A DNA stretch of 64,000 nt from Rhopilema esculentum (Eukaryota). A program made the position numbers and the translations under genes. The notes beneath the pieces were generated by a model. The model was given only the letters and a program-made list of their open reading frames with translations, did not search any database and was not told where the DNA came from. This document shows positions 12,370 to 24,732 of this stretch, piece by piece (positions within the stretch are counted from its first letter, which is position 1; every line of letters starts with the position of its first letter). The DNA is taken from positions 14,431,651 through 14,495,650 of the forward strand of contig NW_027019317.1 in assembly GCF_013076305.1 (NCBI RefSeq), given 5' to 3'.

Positions 12370-13110
12370 GTACACTGGTTTGATTTTCATTGATCTAGAA
12401 AGGCATTTGATACAGTAAATCATGATATCCTACTAAAGAAGCTAGAAAAATACGGAATTTGTGGACTAGAGCTTGATTGGTTTACTTCCTACTTGCAGGA
12501 AAGAAAGCAGTTCTGCAGGTAAATTCAACTTCCTCCAGGATAAACGACATAACTTATCGTGTCCCCCAGGGGGCCTGTCTTGGCCCACTTCTGTTCCTCA
12601 TTTACATAAATGATCTACCATTCTGCCTAAACAAAGAAAAGGTCACCATGTATGCTGATGATACTGCCATATCACACTCCTGGAGATGCCTTTCTAAATT
12701 GCAAGATGATCTAAACCAGGATCTTGTGTATTTTCAGAACTGGCTACATGGAAATAAATTGTCTCTAAACGTTGTAAAAACGCAGTCTTTGATTATTGGA
12801 TCCAGACCAAATATTCAAAAGATCGAAAAGAAGACTGAAGCTAAGCCTAGTTTCGAAGTAGGTGAGCAAAAGATCAATATGATAACCGATACTAAGTATC
12901 TGGGAGTTCAAATTGATGACAAACTCCAATGGGATCGCCATGCTAAGGCACTACGAGCTCTCGGTCTTATTAAGCATGCCAATAAATTTCTTCTATCAGG
13001 GGCTTTGCACTGTATAGAGGAATTGTTGAGCCACATTTCAGTTATTGCTGCTCGGTTTGGGGTTGTTGCAGTGAAACCAAAATCAATCTCTCCAAAAAAT
13101 CCAGAATAGA
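12370..13110 (+). mobile_element. Non-LTR (LINE) retrotransposon fragment, reverse-transcriptase domain, 5'-truncated and frameshifted
   Basis: The frames read FIDLEKAFDTVNHDILLKKLEKYGI ... VPQGACLGPLLFLIYINDLP ... MYADDTAISHS ... LGVQIDDKLQWDRH. These are RT motifs of the CR1/Jockey/L2 type, including YADD. Confidence 0.8.
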
Positions 13111-13610
13111 GCTGCAAGAATAGCTAAAAAAAGTCCTTATGATGCTCCTGCTTTCCCTCTGCTCCAAAATCGAGGATTTATGGTAATCACTTCTGCGGAC
13201 CCAGTGCGGAAGACAGACCAGCCAGCAGCATGCAAAAAAGGCAGAAAAACTATAAGCTTTCTGGAAATTTATATTTCGTAGGAATTGAAGGCCGTTTGAA
13301 AAAAGCCATGACAAAAACACGCACGTATAACCGATAGCTCAGCAATCTAAAGAGGAAGACCAAAACAGTTACAACGTGGTTTTGTTTATTTTTGTTATTA
13401 AATAGGTTTCTAGGCCAAGATGGCCTCTAACCTAATTACAATATAAACATAACAACAAAAGTTAATAGAATTACTGCTACAACAACAACTTTTCAAACGT
13501 TATTTTCAACTAAATTTAAATAGTACAATTTTTAATAACGAATAGAAAATTTAACATACGCAATATTAAAATGTCATTTTACAGAGAAAAATGTATATAA
13601 TCAACTTATA

Positions 13611-13894
13611 CAGTAAATCCCCGCATATAAGAACCTACAAAAATAAGAACCTAGAGGCTGTTTTTCCTAAATTATGCACCTTGTAATTAAGATCCTGTTT
13701 CAGTGTGATAAAATATAATAGGTTCTTATCCCAAGGGCAAAAAATAGAGTGATGATAATGAATCCTAAAATTTTAAATAAGGATCCTTCGAATAAGAACC
13801 TTTATACCCTGAAATTAATCCAAGTACCTTTTCAATAAGAACCTACTTCAGCCTGAACCTCAAAAAGTCGGTTCTTATATGTGGAGATTTACTG
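13611..13894. mobile_element. Second Tc1/mariner-type MITE family (284 bp)
   Basis: The TIRs are CAGTAAATCCCCGCATATAAGAACC and GGTTCTTATATGTGGAGATTTACTG, about 23 of 25 matching. A TA TSD is present at 13609-10 and 13895-96. The internal taagaacc motif recurs. Confidence 0.65.
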
Positions 13895-16324
13895 TAGTGG
13901 AAATCCGGGGTTTAAACATCTTCGGAATTAATATTATTACACTGTTCTTTCATTCTTGTTTCAAGCATTTTTATAGAAAAGTGGCAGCTAAATTGAGATA
14001 TTTTAAAGGGGCCTGTGCAACCAGCATGCTTTTCGCGCTCGCATTTGTTTTGTTTTTCTAACTGTGTTCTTCTATGGAAGACAAAAATGGCGAGGAGAAT
14101 TCAATGGGAAATTTCTCGAATCAATTTAGCGCTTCAAATCGCTTTTGACAGCTTCTATTTGGTTTCATTTTGCGCGGAGCTTGTGCTAACAGCTTTCCAC
14201 CATTTTCATGGACCACGAAAATGGCCGCCTTCCCAGCTTACGCCCGCCAAGGCTACTGGTTGTCCACGCCCCATTAAGTCTTCTTGACTTAATATCCAGA
14301 TAAATTGATTCCAATTTGTTAGCTGCTTTAAATTAGGGGCGGTTCATTGGACTTCATTGAAGAGATAGTACCTTTTAACAGTAAATTCTGGACACACCAG
14401 AAGCGGACTGGCCCACCGGGACACCGGGAAATTTCCCGGTGAGCCCTCTGCCCCAAGTTATTCTTTTCAAAAACTTGAAAACTTTCAAAAGGCAAATAAT
14501 CTTCGCACATTTGGATAGGGGGATATTTCTAAAGGTATTTTAAAAGGGCGTCATCGCAAAATTTTTCTGCTCGCTTCGCTCGCAGGAGACCCTTCACTAT
14601 TTCTCAACAGAATATTCAACACTTTCCCCTCGTTTTGGTATTTGTATAGAAAAATCTCTACGTTCTCAGGACAATCCTGATAATATAGAAACTAAAATGC
14701 TAAAGCAGTCCAATCCTAAAAAAAACTGGATTCTGATATGCTTGTCGTGGATTGTGCTCCAAGGAAAATGGACTTGATTTAAAACTTTTGAATACTGTTA
14801 ATTTTTCTAGATATTTGATTACAACTTTGGAAGGTCTCTTTTTACACGTAGAGGTTCCTCGCCTTACACAATTCAGGATATTAACGTTAGTGGAATTGTT
14901 AAGGAAATAGACAGGTGTAGAATATCGTCAGCCACCTAATTCCTACTTTCACTAAAAACCTGATTAGCTTGTATTTTTTTAAAGCAAGTACGCCATACAT
15001 TAATTCGGTATCTGTTGAGGGGGTAGTAAGGGATTTCATTAGCTAACTAGCAGACTGCTTGTCAACTGACTGATGACTAATAATTTTGTGAAACCAATGA
15101 CTTACGACTAACCATATTATTTTTTTGACTTATGACTAATGCAAATTATTCCTAATGTCTGATATCCAATAACCGAGGGCTCACTCTTTGGAAAAATTAA
15201 CTGAGCACTACCCTGTGCTCTTCCAATCACAATGGTTGTAACTGGATAAAATGATCGATGTGTTGGGTATGGGAAGAGTATTGGGTATGGAAACGTTCAT
15301 ATATTACGTAATCAAAGATGGGGAGGAGAGGGGGACTTACACAAATGTTATGGCTATTACGTTCATTATGGCACTTTGTTGGAGTTTGTTAAAATAGTTG
15401 TTTAGGGAGAAGGGGATTTTTCAAATATTGCCGATTTTTGATTGCGTAGAATGTGCACATTCCTTGTGTTGTCTCTCTTGAATAATAGTCCTTTTTCTTT
15501 GGGCCATCAACTATTCCTTGATAGTAAAAACTGCTCTAGATAATACTTTCTGAACAAGACTTCCGTGGCAAGCTTTTTTATTTCTATTTTATTTTCTTCA
15601 ACTAACAACTCATAGTCATCTTGCTTTTTGTACGTTAAAACCAGGAGTTTCGTGCCAAAAAGAAATTATGACTAGCTGAAAAAAATCTTGTACAATGTTT
15701 AAAAACATTATGCAGAATTTGTTGAGGATTGATGTCCTCATGTATAAATCTCCTGAAAAATTTAATAGAATATTAAACCGGATGTTTGGAAAAAAACTGG
15801 TTTCAAATTTACAACTAGCTATTAAAGTATTCCATTCTTTCTTCAAATTGAAAGAATTTCTGTCCCGGAATAGAGACTGTACTTTTTCTTAAGAAAATAC
15901 CATGTCTACGCACAGTTACTCATACAGAAGGAGCCTATCGATGTACAAAATTATCAATTTGCACAAAACGGATGGCAGCAGAATCTCTTAGAATTCATTT
16001 GTCCAAGATATTTTATCAGATATCTTTCGGACAAGTCTACAGTTTTAAGCACATGTTCAATACCTTATCATAATTCCGCACGCTGATGTCTATCTTTTGC
16101 AAATGATTTGTAACTGCAGCGTAGAGGCAGGAGCAACACAGTCATTAAGCTAGCAGGTGCTGAGGCACCTCTTGACATTTTTCAAAGGTATGCTGCAAAA
16201 CTTTAAATATAACCGTTTGATGAGCTAAGGCGCCAATTGGCGCCCTTTTGCTTGCTTTTCCCGGTAGGTCGAATGGTAGCCAGTCCGCCACTGGGACACA
16301 CCATAAGTAAATGAAATTCATCTC

Positions 16325-19300
16325 CTAAAAACCTGTCGCTAAGCAGAAACTGCAATGTTTTTCTTCTCTAGGGATAGGGTTTTTACCAAAACGACCAGTT
16401 TCTACTTCTAGATTACGAGCGCTCAGTCTTAACCGTGGATGGCATCGTCTTTCGTTAAAGTCTTTGACAATGTCAAGATAGGATTCGAATTTGAAAAAAA
16501 TTTTAACTTGAGCATATGTACATAATTTCTTGTTTAGTACAACGTGTATTTTAAGTTTGTTCATTATTTCACTCGCAAAATGACTTCTAACCTTAGATTT
16601 TATCGCAGCAGTGTTATCGTTGTGACTGATTTCGTATCTGGTTTTCAATTTGTGGGTTTTCGATACCCAATTGGGGGAGTCATTGTTTGTGCCGTTCGAG
16701 AGCGCTTCAAATGTACCTATCTGGTTCCAAATCAAGAAGGGACTCAAGCCTGAACAAGAATTTTAAGATATTTATGTGCCTGCTACACTGAATGGAAATT
16801 CTGTCCAATTCAGCGTAAATAGCGTCAGTGCAAGTAGTAGATTTGACCCTGAGTATGCATTTACAAGCAGAGAGATGTAGACGTCCAAGGGAAGGCCACT
16901 TATCAAATCCCTAGATTTCTGAGCCATAATTTATGAAGGGTACTATCATCTGGTCAAATAAATATAGAAAGAGTCCAGGCTGTATGCTGTAAACCATTCA
17001 ACTTTTTGCATTTAGAAATTAAAGCAACATATGCTTTACCAGCTTTTTGCTTGACCTTTTCAATATGCTTGTTGTAAGAACCATTTGTCTTAAAAGTGAC
17101 ATCAAGATACTTGTAAGAATCACATTCTAAAACAGCATTATCTCCCAAGTACCATTTCTTCTTAGCTTTAGACTTCCGCTTGTTTTTTTTAAGCAGCATA
17201 ATTTTGGTTTTGTTTACATTAACTTCCATCTGAACTTTAGTTGTGAAAACATTTAACTTATCTAGTTGGGACTGGAGATCCTCTGCTGTTGTAGATAAAA
17301 GTATAAGATCATCAGCATACATCAAGGTATGAAAAACGTTTCGTCCAAGCTGAACATCCTTTGTATTTAAACAAATCGAATCGTTCAAGTTATTGAAAAA
17401 CATTGCAATAAGTATCGGGCTCAAAAGACAACCTTGCCTTACACCACGGTTGCAATCAAAAAAACTTGTAAGCCCGTCATTTGCTCTGGCGCATGATTTG
17501 ACTTTACCATAAAGTGTTGTAATTATTTTATGAAATTTACCGGAGACACCAAGATCGGGTAGCTTTTCAATCAATAAGGTGTGATTAACAGATTCAAATG
17601 CCTTTTTTAAATCTGAAGTGGTGACTTTCTTCCCTCTAAAATTTCTTCTATAATGGAGTTTAATCAGGGGCGCAGTGGCTGGGGGGGGGGCAGGGGGGGG
17701 ACAGCCGCCCCTCGCTGGCAAAAATTTTGTCGGATTGTCGGAAAATCCAACGTTTGTCGGATAATTTGAAATATTAGACAAAATGTAAGGTTTTCATCGA
17801 TCCTGTCCGAAAGGTCGCATATTTTTTTAAACCTGTCGTAAAATAGGGCATGCTCAACCCTTCTTACTTATTTTCATTAGAGTATTTATCGGAATTATCG
17901 CATTGCTGAAATTTGTAAAGGAAATTAACGCTCTGATCTTTCCGACAGTTAAAATTCAACTCAGTTCATTTCGAAATGAATTCGCTGGTGTTGTAGAAGA
18001 AGCAAAAAGTTAATATTTTCGCCATGACTTAGAAGAGGAAAATTTTGTCGAGCGACGAATACGCAGAAAGAAAAAGATGTCAGGGGAAAATTGCATAGAT
18101 GAATTAGAGGGAAATAGGGAATCCGTATATCATTGTGATTGTAGATACAGCTATCAGCTCAATGAATACAAGATTCACGTCTCATAAGGCGATTTTGACA
18201 GATTTTGCTTTGCTCAACCCCGAATGTTTTCAAAAAACAATTGAAAGGCAGTTGTGTGCAGTGTAATTCAAAAAGGTTGCGAAGAATAACGGCCTGGATG
18301 ACGAAAAATTAAGAGATGAGTACAGCTCTTTCGTCAATAATTACCGTAAATTTTGGAAAGTTGCAACCCTCTCCCGGCTGCAGGAGAAAGAGAAAACTTT
18401 TTAGTTCCATTGAGTTCTTCAGTTGATAATAAGTATAACCTGCAAAGTGCCTTTCCACAGCTGGTCCTTTACAAGGTTCTCTTCACTTTGCCAATAGGTT
18501 CAACAAACTATGAAAGAGCTTTTTCAAAGCTGAGGATTGTAAAAAAATCGGCTACGGTCAACGATGGGACAAGACCGCCTTTCCTCTCTGATAACAATCA
18601 ACGTCGAAAGTGATATTTTACAGTCGATAGACTATGGTGACATCATCGATTTGTATGCTGCCACATCTCTTTTGAGAAAGATGCTGCTTGAGTAACAGTT
18701 TATATAAATTTCAGTTAAAAGAAAACTATTCTTTTGGACGCGTTATATCTATTTAAGGTTTAGCATAAATAAATGCAAAGTAATTATGATGGGATTTAAA
18801 ATTTGCCAAAAAAACTTTTTGCTATAAACAGCTATAAACACTGACTTGACAGTTTATTGTCTAGTATAGCGAGAAGACTTGTAGGGTGTAAATTTATAAC
18901 TAGTTGCAGTTTTGTTTATAGCGATTTATATTTGGTAAGTTTTGTTAGAATAAAGGCTATTGTTGAACTTGAAGGTGTATAACGAACGATCCATTCGTTA
19001 ACGATTTCCAGATCCATTCGTGATATTGTAGTATCAAGTGTTGCAGTATATGCAGCAAGGGTAATCTTCAAGGAATATATTGAGAAAAAATTTGTCGGAA
19101 AAATCATAGTTTTATCGGAAAATTTTCAGCTTTGCCCCCCCAAAAAGTTAACTCCCACTGCGCCCCTGAGTTTAATGTAAAAAGATGATCAGAAGTTTGA
19201 AGCCCTTTTCGGTAAGCAATTTGATTTTCGTTTACAAGTTTGTAACCATCCAGTACTTCAATAAGTCTATCAAGAAAGACACCAAGAAACAGTTTGCCAA

Positions 19301-19478
19301 AAATACTAAGAAGGGTGATACCCCTATAATTATCGAGATCAGATTTTTCACCACCTTTAAATACAAGTACTATCATGCCTACTGCCCATTCCTTAGGAAA
19401 CTCTCCCGAGTCAAATATTTTATTGAATAATTTTGTGAAAACAATACAGACAGGGAATTTTGCATAACCATCTAGCAA
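16325..19478 (-). mobile_element. Non-LTR (LINE) retrotransposon ORF2 fragment (RT plus C-terminal region), interrupted by a nested hAT element at 17665-19168
   Basis: The ORF at 19104-19478 reads EFPKEWAVGMIVLVFKGG...YRGITLLSIFGKLF (RT N-terminal motifs). The ORF at 16954-17781 reads GVRQGCLLSPILIAMFFNNL...FHTLMYADDLILLSTT. The ORF at 16325-16747 reads RLRLSARNLEVETGRFGKNPIPREEKHCSFC, a CR1/L2-type C-terminal motif. Confidence 0.8.
17665..19168. mobile_element. Non-autonomous hAT-superfamily DNA transposon (about 1.5 kb) nested in the LINE RT ORF
   Basis: The 14-bp perfect TIR is CAGGGGCGCAGTGG at 17665 and CCACTGCGCCCCTG ending 19168. A perfect 8-bp TSD AGTTTAAT lies at 17657-17664 and 19169-19176. 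The internal ORF 18353-18613 ends ...LPIGSTNYERAFSKLRIVKKSATVNDGTRPP, which resembles the hAT C-terminal dimerisation motif. Confidence 0.75.
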
Positions 19479-20536
19479 CCTGCCTAACCCAAGTTTTTAA
19501 AGTTTAAATCATAAGAGCAAAAACCAATGATCATTTTAAGCCTTGGGAACATTCGGGCAAATGACCGGGCGTTTCCGGAAGCATGAAAAATGCACGGTCA
19601 GCAAAATTTCGAATTTCAAATTTTTCAAATCTAATGATACCATCAGAAAGAACTTGCAAAACTGAGCAAATAGTATGAAAAGAGCAATGTGATCTGACCT
19701 ATAAACAAAATGTAATGGCTGTAGAAACTTTTCGCTTTGTCAAACAACTTGCTTTCTGAAGTTTCTTTATAGTACAGACGCAGAGCTGTAAAATTGTGCA
19801 TGTTATATTAATGGCATAAAGTTCGGTACAAGTACACAATCTGATATGCTGAGTAAGATGAAATACATATCAAGCTTCAAAAATGCCCCAAAAGCTATTT
19901 TTAGACTGGGGTACTGGTACCTAGTCCTCTTTTAGGTATAGCACTACAACGTTTTAACTTTGCAAGCTATAAAATTGAAACATTCTTTCTGCCGTTATTT
20001 GACGTGCTGAATAAAATAAGATACAAAAACAGCTTTAAGAATTTCACAAAAAGCAATTTTCAGACTATTGTACTTGTAGCCAGTTCTGTATTGGGTCTTG
20101 CTCCACAGCTTTGTAACTATACAAGTTATACGACTGAAACTTTGTTTCCTGGTGTAATCCGAAGTGCTAGATAAAAGGAAACGTTGGGCTAGGTTTCCAG
20201 AATCTCAGTTCCACAAAAAATAAAGTTGTGGCCTGGATATCATCTTAATGTGACATCCCATCATTTATGAACAGGATTATGAACAGGAACATAATCCCTA
20301 AGATTGGATTAAAGAAGACGAAGCAGCAAAAAGTAACATAAAATTTTTCCATATTATTTGAGATTCAAAATACGATAATCAATAATTGCTCTAATTGTGA
20401 CGTGTAGTTAGTGCCAAGGCCTCAAAAGACGTTGCAGTATTGTAAAAAAGTGTACAGAAATACAAATATAATTATGTGAAATCGCTTATGTGAAATCACT
20501 ATTTTTTTCGTCAACATGTTCATCTCTGACCAGGTC

Positions 20537-20650
20537 CTATGGTGACTCCAGAGCACCAATCAGTCCTTGTGCAGTATTGAACAAGTTGATGGGCGATTCG
20601 CCATCAGTAATAAGTGTTGACTTTAAACCCAAAGACTGCAACAATTTCAC
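20537..20650 (-). CDS. MVP: Major vault protein terminal coding exon (stop codon TAG at 20537-20539 on minus strand)
   Basis: [37 protein letters not shown] matches MVP ([32 protein letters not shown]...). The acceptor is tcttttttAG|. The 15 exons sum to 2547 nt, 849 codons including the stop, with all intron phases consistent. Confidence 0.85.
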   Translation of the reverse strand: MKLLQSLGLKSTLITDGESPINLFNTAQGLIGALESP

Positions 20651-20878
20651 CTAAAAAAGATTTACCAAAATATGATTGGTTGCCTGTGCAATAATTCTGT
20701 TAGAAATATTTGAAAAGTCGTTGTAAAGCTGACAACTACCTTTAAATAAAGGAACAATTTCCTGATCTTAGAAATAAAATATTACTTTTATTACTTTTAT
20801 ACCAGACCATACCATATCTGTGTAATACAATACCAGAGAACACAAAAGGTGCTTGATTTTGACAGAAAAAAGGCATAC

Positions 20879-21067
20879 CTGCATCTCTGGACCTGCTGTT
20901 GCAATGGCCTGGATGGTATTTGCCCCAATGGAGTCAACCATTTCCTTGAACTTGGCGCTATCGATCTCTGCCATTTCACTTGCCTTCTTGATTTCAAGCT
21001 CGTTCTGCTCCTTCACATAATGCGTCTCCGCTTCACGGGCTTTTGTCAGCCTGCCGAGTTCTGAGTC
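20879..21067 (-). CDS. MVP: Major vault protein exon 14
   Basis: DSELGRLTKAREAETHYVKEQNELEIKKASEMAEIDSAKFKEMVDSIGANTIQAIATAGPEMQ matches MVP (...[27 protein letters not shown]). The acceptor is ttttactgtAG| and the donor is CAG|GTATGC. Confidence 0.85.
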
Positions 21068-21258
21068 CTACAGTAAAATACAAAACTAAAGCTCAGGTGA
21101 TTGTGTACAATTACATTAAAATATACAGCATGATCAGTACTTGGGCATCAAACTAATTTCAGGGAATACATTTTCAATTTAGAAATAAAGATTACAACAA
21201 AAACTGCATGAACTTTGTAACAAGAAAAAGAAGTATAAAATTTCACAAAGGAACAAAC

Positions 21259-21502
21259 CGCTTCAATCGATGCAGCTTGGGCTTTCAGTCTAGCTTGCTG
21301 CACAGCAGCCTCGCCTTCGATTCTCGAAGCTTCAGCTCGAGATTGCGCCTCTGCCTTCGCCTGCCCAGTGGACTCAACAGCAGCGCTCTGGGCTTGCAGC
21401 TCGAGTAGTTCTCTGCGTGATTTTTCAGCTTCAGCCTCATCTGAGATCTTCTGGCGTTCAAGTCTCCCTTTTGCTTCTTGTTCAAGCCGGTCAGCTTCAT
21501 GT
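21259..21502 (-). CDS. MVP: Major vault protein exon 13 (coiled-coil cap-helix region)
   Basis: (R)[81 protein letters not shown] matches MVP ([81 protein letters not shown]). The acceptor is gttgttgttAG| and the donor is |GTTTGT. Confidence 0.9.
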
Positions 21503-21791
21503 CTAACAACAACATTTTAACAAAATCGAATTGATAAAAAAACCAATCAAAACGCTATGCACGTGTCACATGTGGACAAGTCATTACTATTTGCCTGGAA
21601 AATATGGAAAATAAAACCGAAACGAGCTTACATTAACTTCTTAAGGGAGTGACTCTTCGTGCTTCTTAAGCTTCACAAAAGTTGTATCGTGATTTTATTG
21701 TTTCTGTCAAACTTGTTCATGAAACGAAAAACACAATGACGACAACAGCAACAGCAGCAACAATGGCAGAAACAAAACGATTGCAACTGAC

Positions 21792-22003
21792 CTTGCAGCA
21801 GCCTCTTGTGAGGCAGTAGTGATCTCGATTGCAAGCTGAACTGATTTCTGCAAAGCGTCTCGGGTGCGTTGGTCTACAGGCTCAACCGACTGAATGTCAA
21901 CACTCGTGATGTTGAGGTTGTTGGCAGGGAAGGTGAATTTGTCACGAACCTTCATCTTGTCATCAAAGCCGAACACAGAAGAGCGGATGATTTTGGCAGA
22001 GTT
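21792..22003 (-). CDS. MVP: Major vault protein exon 12
   Basis: [70 protein letters not shown] matches MVP (NSARIIRTAVFGFE...[38 protein letters not shown]). The acceptor is tcaatcaacAG| and the donor is AG|GTCAGT. Confidence 0.9.
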
Positions 22004-22239
22004 CTGTTGATTGAAATAGGAAGACCTTCATTAATTCATAAATTGGTGAATAAAACTCAAGGGTTTACAATAACAGATTCCAGGAAGTGGGTGATTTGGA
22101 GGGGAAAATTTGTTGGAAGAAGATAGCAACAAGGTAGGGCCATGAAAACAACAATAAGGTCACAAGCATGTGACTGATACACTAAATAGGCATATGAAAC
22201 ACAAAGTGCTTTCACCTTAAGGCCAAGCCCTCCTCTCTT

Positions 22240-24105
22240 TTAGACAATAAAAGAGACGAGCATAAGAAACGAGCAAACGGGGATAGCAAGATAGATGAGC
22301 AAAAGAGAAAATCAAAAGAGATGAACAAAAGAGATGAACAAAAGAGATGAGCAAAAGAGATGAGCAAACAAGAAAAGAAAAAGAGATGAAAAAAACAGAT
22401 GAGCAAACAAGATGAACAAATGAGATGAGCAAAAGAGATGAGAAAAAGAGATAAGCAAAAGAGATAAGCAAAAGAGATTAACGAAAGAGATGAACAAACA
22501 AGATGAGCAAACGAGATGAGCAAAAGAGATGAGAAAAAGAGATAAGCAAAAGAGATAAGCAAAAGAGATTAACGAAAGAGATGAACAAACAAGATGAGCA
22601 AACGAGATGAGCAAAAGAGATGAGAAAAAGAGATAAGCAAAAGAGATAAGCAAAAGAGATTAACGAAAGAGATGAACAAACAAGATGAGCAAACGAGATG
22701 AGCAAAAGAGATGAGAAAAAGAGATAAGCAAAAGAGATAAGCAAAAGAGATTAACGAAAGAGATGAACAAACAAGATGAGCAAACGAGATGAGCAAACGA
22801 GATGAGCAAAAGAGATGAACAAAACAGATCAACAAAAGAGATGAGCAAACAAGAAAAAGAAACGAGATGAGCAAACAAGAAAAACTAAAGAGACGAGTAA
22901 ACAAGAAAAGCAAAAGAGATGAGCAAACAAGAAAAACTAAAGCGATGAACAAAAAAGATAAACAAAAGAGATGAGAAAAAGAAATGAGCAGAAGAGATGA
23001 GCAAACAAGATGAGCAAAAGAGATGAACAAGACAGATGAGCAAAATATAAGCAAAAGTGATGAGGAAAAGTGATGAGCAAAAAAGATGAGCAAAAGAGAT
23101 AAGCAAAAGGGATGAGCAAAAGAGACGAGCAAACAAGAAAAGCAAAAGAAATGAACAAAAGAGATGAGCAAAAATATAAGCAAAAGTGATGAGAAAAAGT
23201 GATGAGCAAAAAAGATAAGCAAAAGGGATGAGCAAAAGAGATCAGCAAAAGTGATAAGCAAAAGTGATGAGAAAAATTGATGAGCAAAAAAGATGAGCAA
23301 AAAAGATGAGCAAAAGAGATAAGCAAAAGGGATGAGCAAAAGAGATGGAAAAAACAGATAAGGAAAGAGAAAAGCAAAAGAGATGAGCAAACAAGAAAAA
23401 CTAAAGAGATGAGCAAAAAAGATAAGCAAAAGAGCTGAGCAAAAGAGACGAGCAAACAAGAAAAGCAAAAGAGACGAACAAGACAGATGAGCAAAAATAT
23501 AAGCAAAAGTGATAAGCAAAAGTGATGAGAAAAAGTAATGAGCAATAAAGATAAGCAAAAGAGAAAAACAAAAGGGATGAGCAAGAGAGAGGAGCAAAAG
23601 GGATGAGCAAGAGATGGAAAAAACAGATGAGCAAAAGAGATAAGGAAAAGAAATGAGCAAACAAGAAAAGCAAACGAGATAAGTAAAGGGATGAGCAAGA
23701 GAGAGGAGCAAAAAAGATGAGCAAAAGAGATGAGCAAACAAGAAGAGCAAAAGAGACGAACAAGACAGATGAGCAAAAATATAAGCAAAAGTGATAAGCA
23801 AAAGTGATAAGAAAAAGTAATGAGCAATAAAGATGAGCAAAAGAGATAAGCAAAAGGGATGAGCAAGAGAGAGGAGCAAAAGGGATGAGCAAGAGATGGA
23901 AAAAACAGATGAGCAAAAGAGATAAGGAAAAGAAATGAGCAAACAAGAAAAGCAAACGAGATAAGTAAAGGGATGAGCAAGAGAGAGGAGCAAAAAGATG
24001 AGCAAAAGAGAGGAGCAAAAGATGAGGAAATGGTATGGTCAAAAAAGATGGACAAAAAAGATCGGCAAAAAAATGAGCAATCCATATGAGCAAACAAAGC
24101 ACATA
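22240..24105. repeat. About 1.9-kb purine-rich minisatellite (10-12-bp units, consensus about AAGAGATGAGC / AAACAAGATGAGC) in MVP intron 11
   Basis: There are hundreds of imperfect tandem copies, seen directly in the sequence. Six-frame ORFs of up to 478 aa across it are repeat artefacts ([11 protein letters not shown]...). Confidence 0.95.
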
Positions 24106-24118
24106 AATAAGCACTTGC

Positions 24119-24260
24119 CTTGTGGAAGTCGTCAAATTTGACCCCGGCAACAGCACCTCTCACTCTCGATGCAATTGCTTTACAGAGATCACCAACAAAA
24201 TCTGGCACAGAGAACAACTTAGCTTTGTCTTCGTCACTCTTTGGATCAACAAAGAAGTTC
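24119..24260 (-). CDS. MVP: Major vault protein exon 11 (followed by a GC-AG intron)
   Basis: (W)[47 protein letters not shown] matches MVP ([48 protein letters not shown]). The acceptor is ccttgcAG|. The only in-phase donor is AAG|GCAAGT, which is the non-canonical GC donor consensus. Confidence 0.8.
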
Positions 24261-24534
24261 CTGCAAGGCAAGCATAAGCTCAACATTTAAGTCTGGGTGC
24301 AAAAAGCCTCAAAGCAAAAAAAACTAAAGTATTGTAATTGACAGAAAGTCTCAAGGCTGGGGCACATGTATCATTTGCATTGGCACATAGGTATCGTAAA
24401 AACCAGATGTAACTCTAAATTTCAATCTAAAATTTTCTTTCAGCTAAATAATATGAATGAAAGAAATAAAAACCAAATGCGTTGATTAATATCGACTAGA
24501 AATGTAAAAATGAATAGCAAACATATAGACTCAC

Positions 24535-24732
24535 CAATTGTATGAAAGCTGAAGCGACAGTCTTGCGTGATCTGCCGTTTCCACAACAACAATATCAGTA
24601 CAGAAGTCTGGGCCGAGGAGGAGACAAAGGGCTTTTATGACATTTGGTCTCTTGGGCTTGCCCCCAGACAGACTTAACAGAGTGAATTGCTCATCAGGTC
24701 CGAGCATTACAAGGTCTGGTCCAAACACAACC
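24535..24732 (-). CDS. MVP: Major vault protein exon 10
   Basis: (R)[65 protein letters not shown](W) matches MVP ([67 protein letters not shown]). The acceptor is cgtttttcAG| and the donor is TG|GTGAGT. About 8.4 kb of intron separates this exon from exon 9. Confidence 0.9.

Noticed and set aside
14015-14287. 90-aa plus-strand ORF (MARRIQWEISRINLALQIAFDSFYLVSFCAELVLTAFHHFHGPRKWPPS)
   Set aside because: It is not low-complexity, but I could not match it to any family. It is isolated, without splice signals or neighbouring exons. It is left uncalled and could be tested by BLASTX.
22212-24286. Long minus-strand ORFs (up to 478 aa, [11 protein letters not shown]... repeats) across 22212-24286
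   Set aside because: These are translations of the 10-12-bp minisatellite. They are periodic and low-complexity, and they lie inside an MVP intron. Only the first about 50 codons of ORF 22937-24286 (…[34 protein letters not shown]) are real MVP exon 11.
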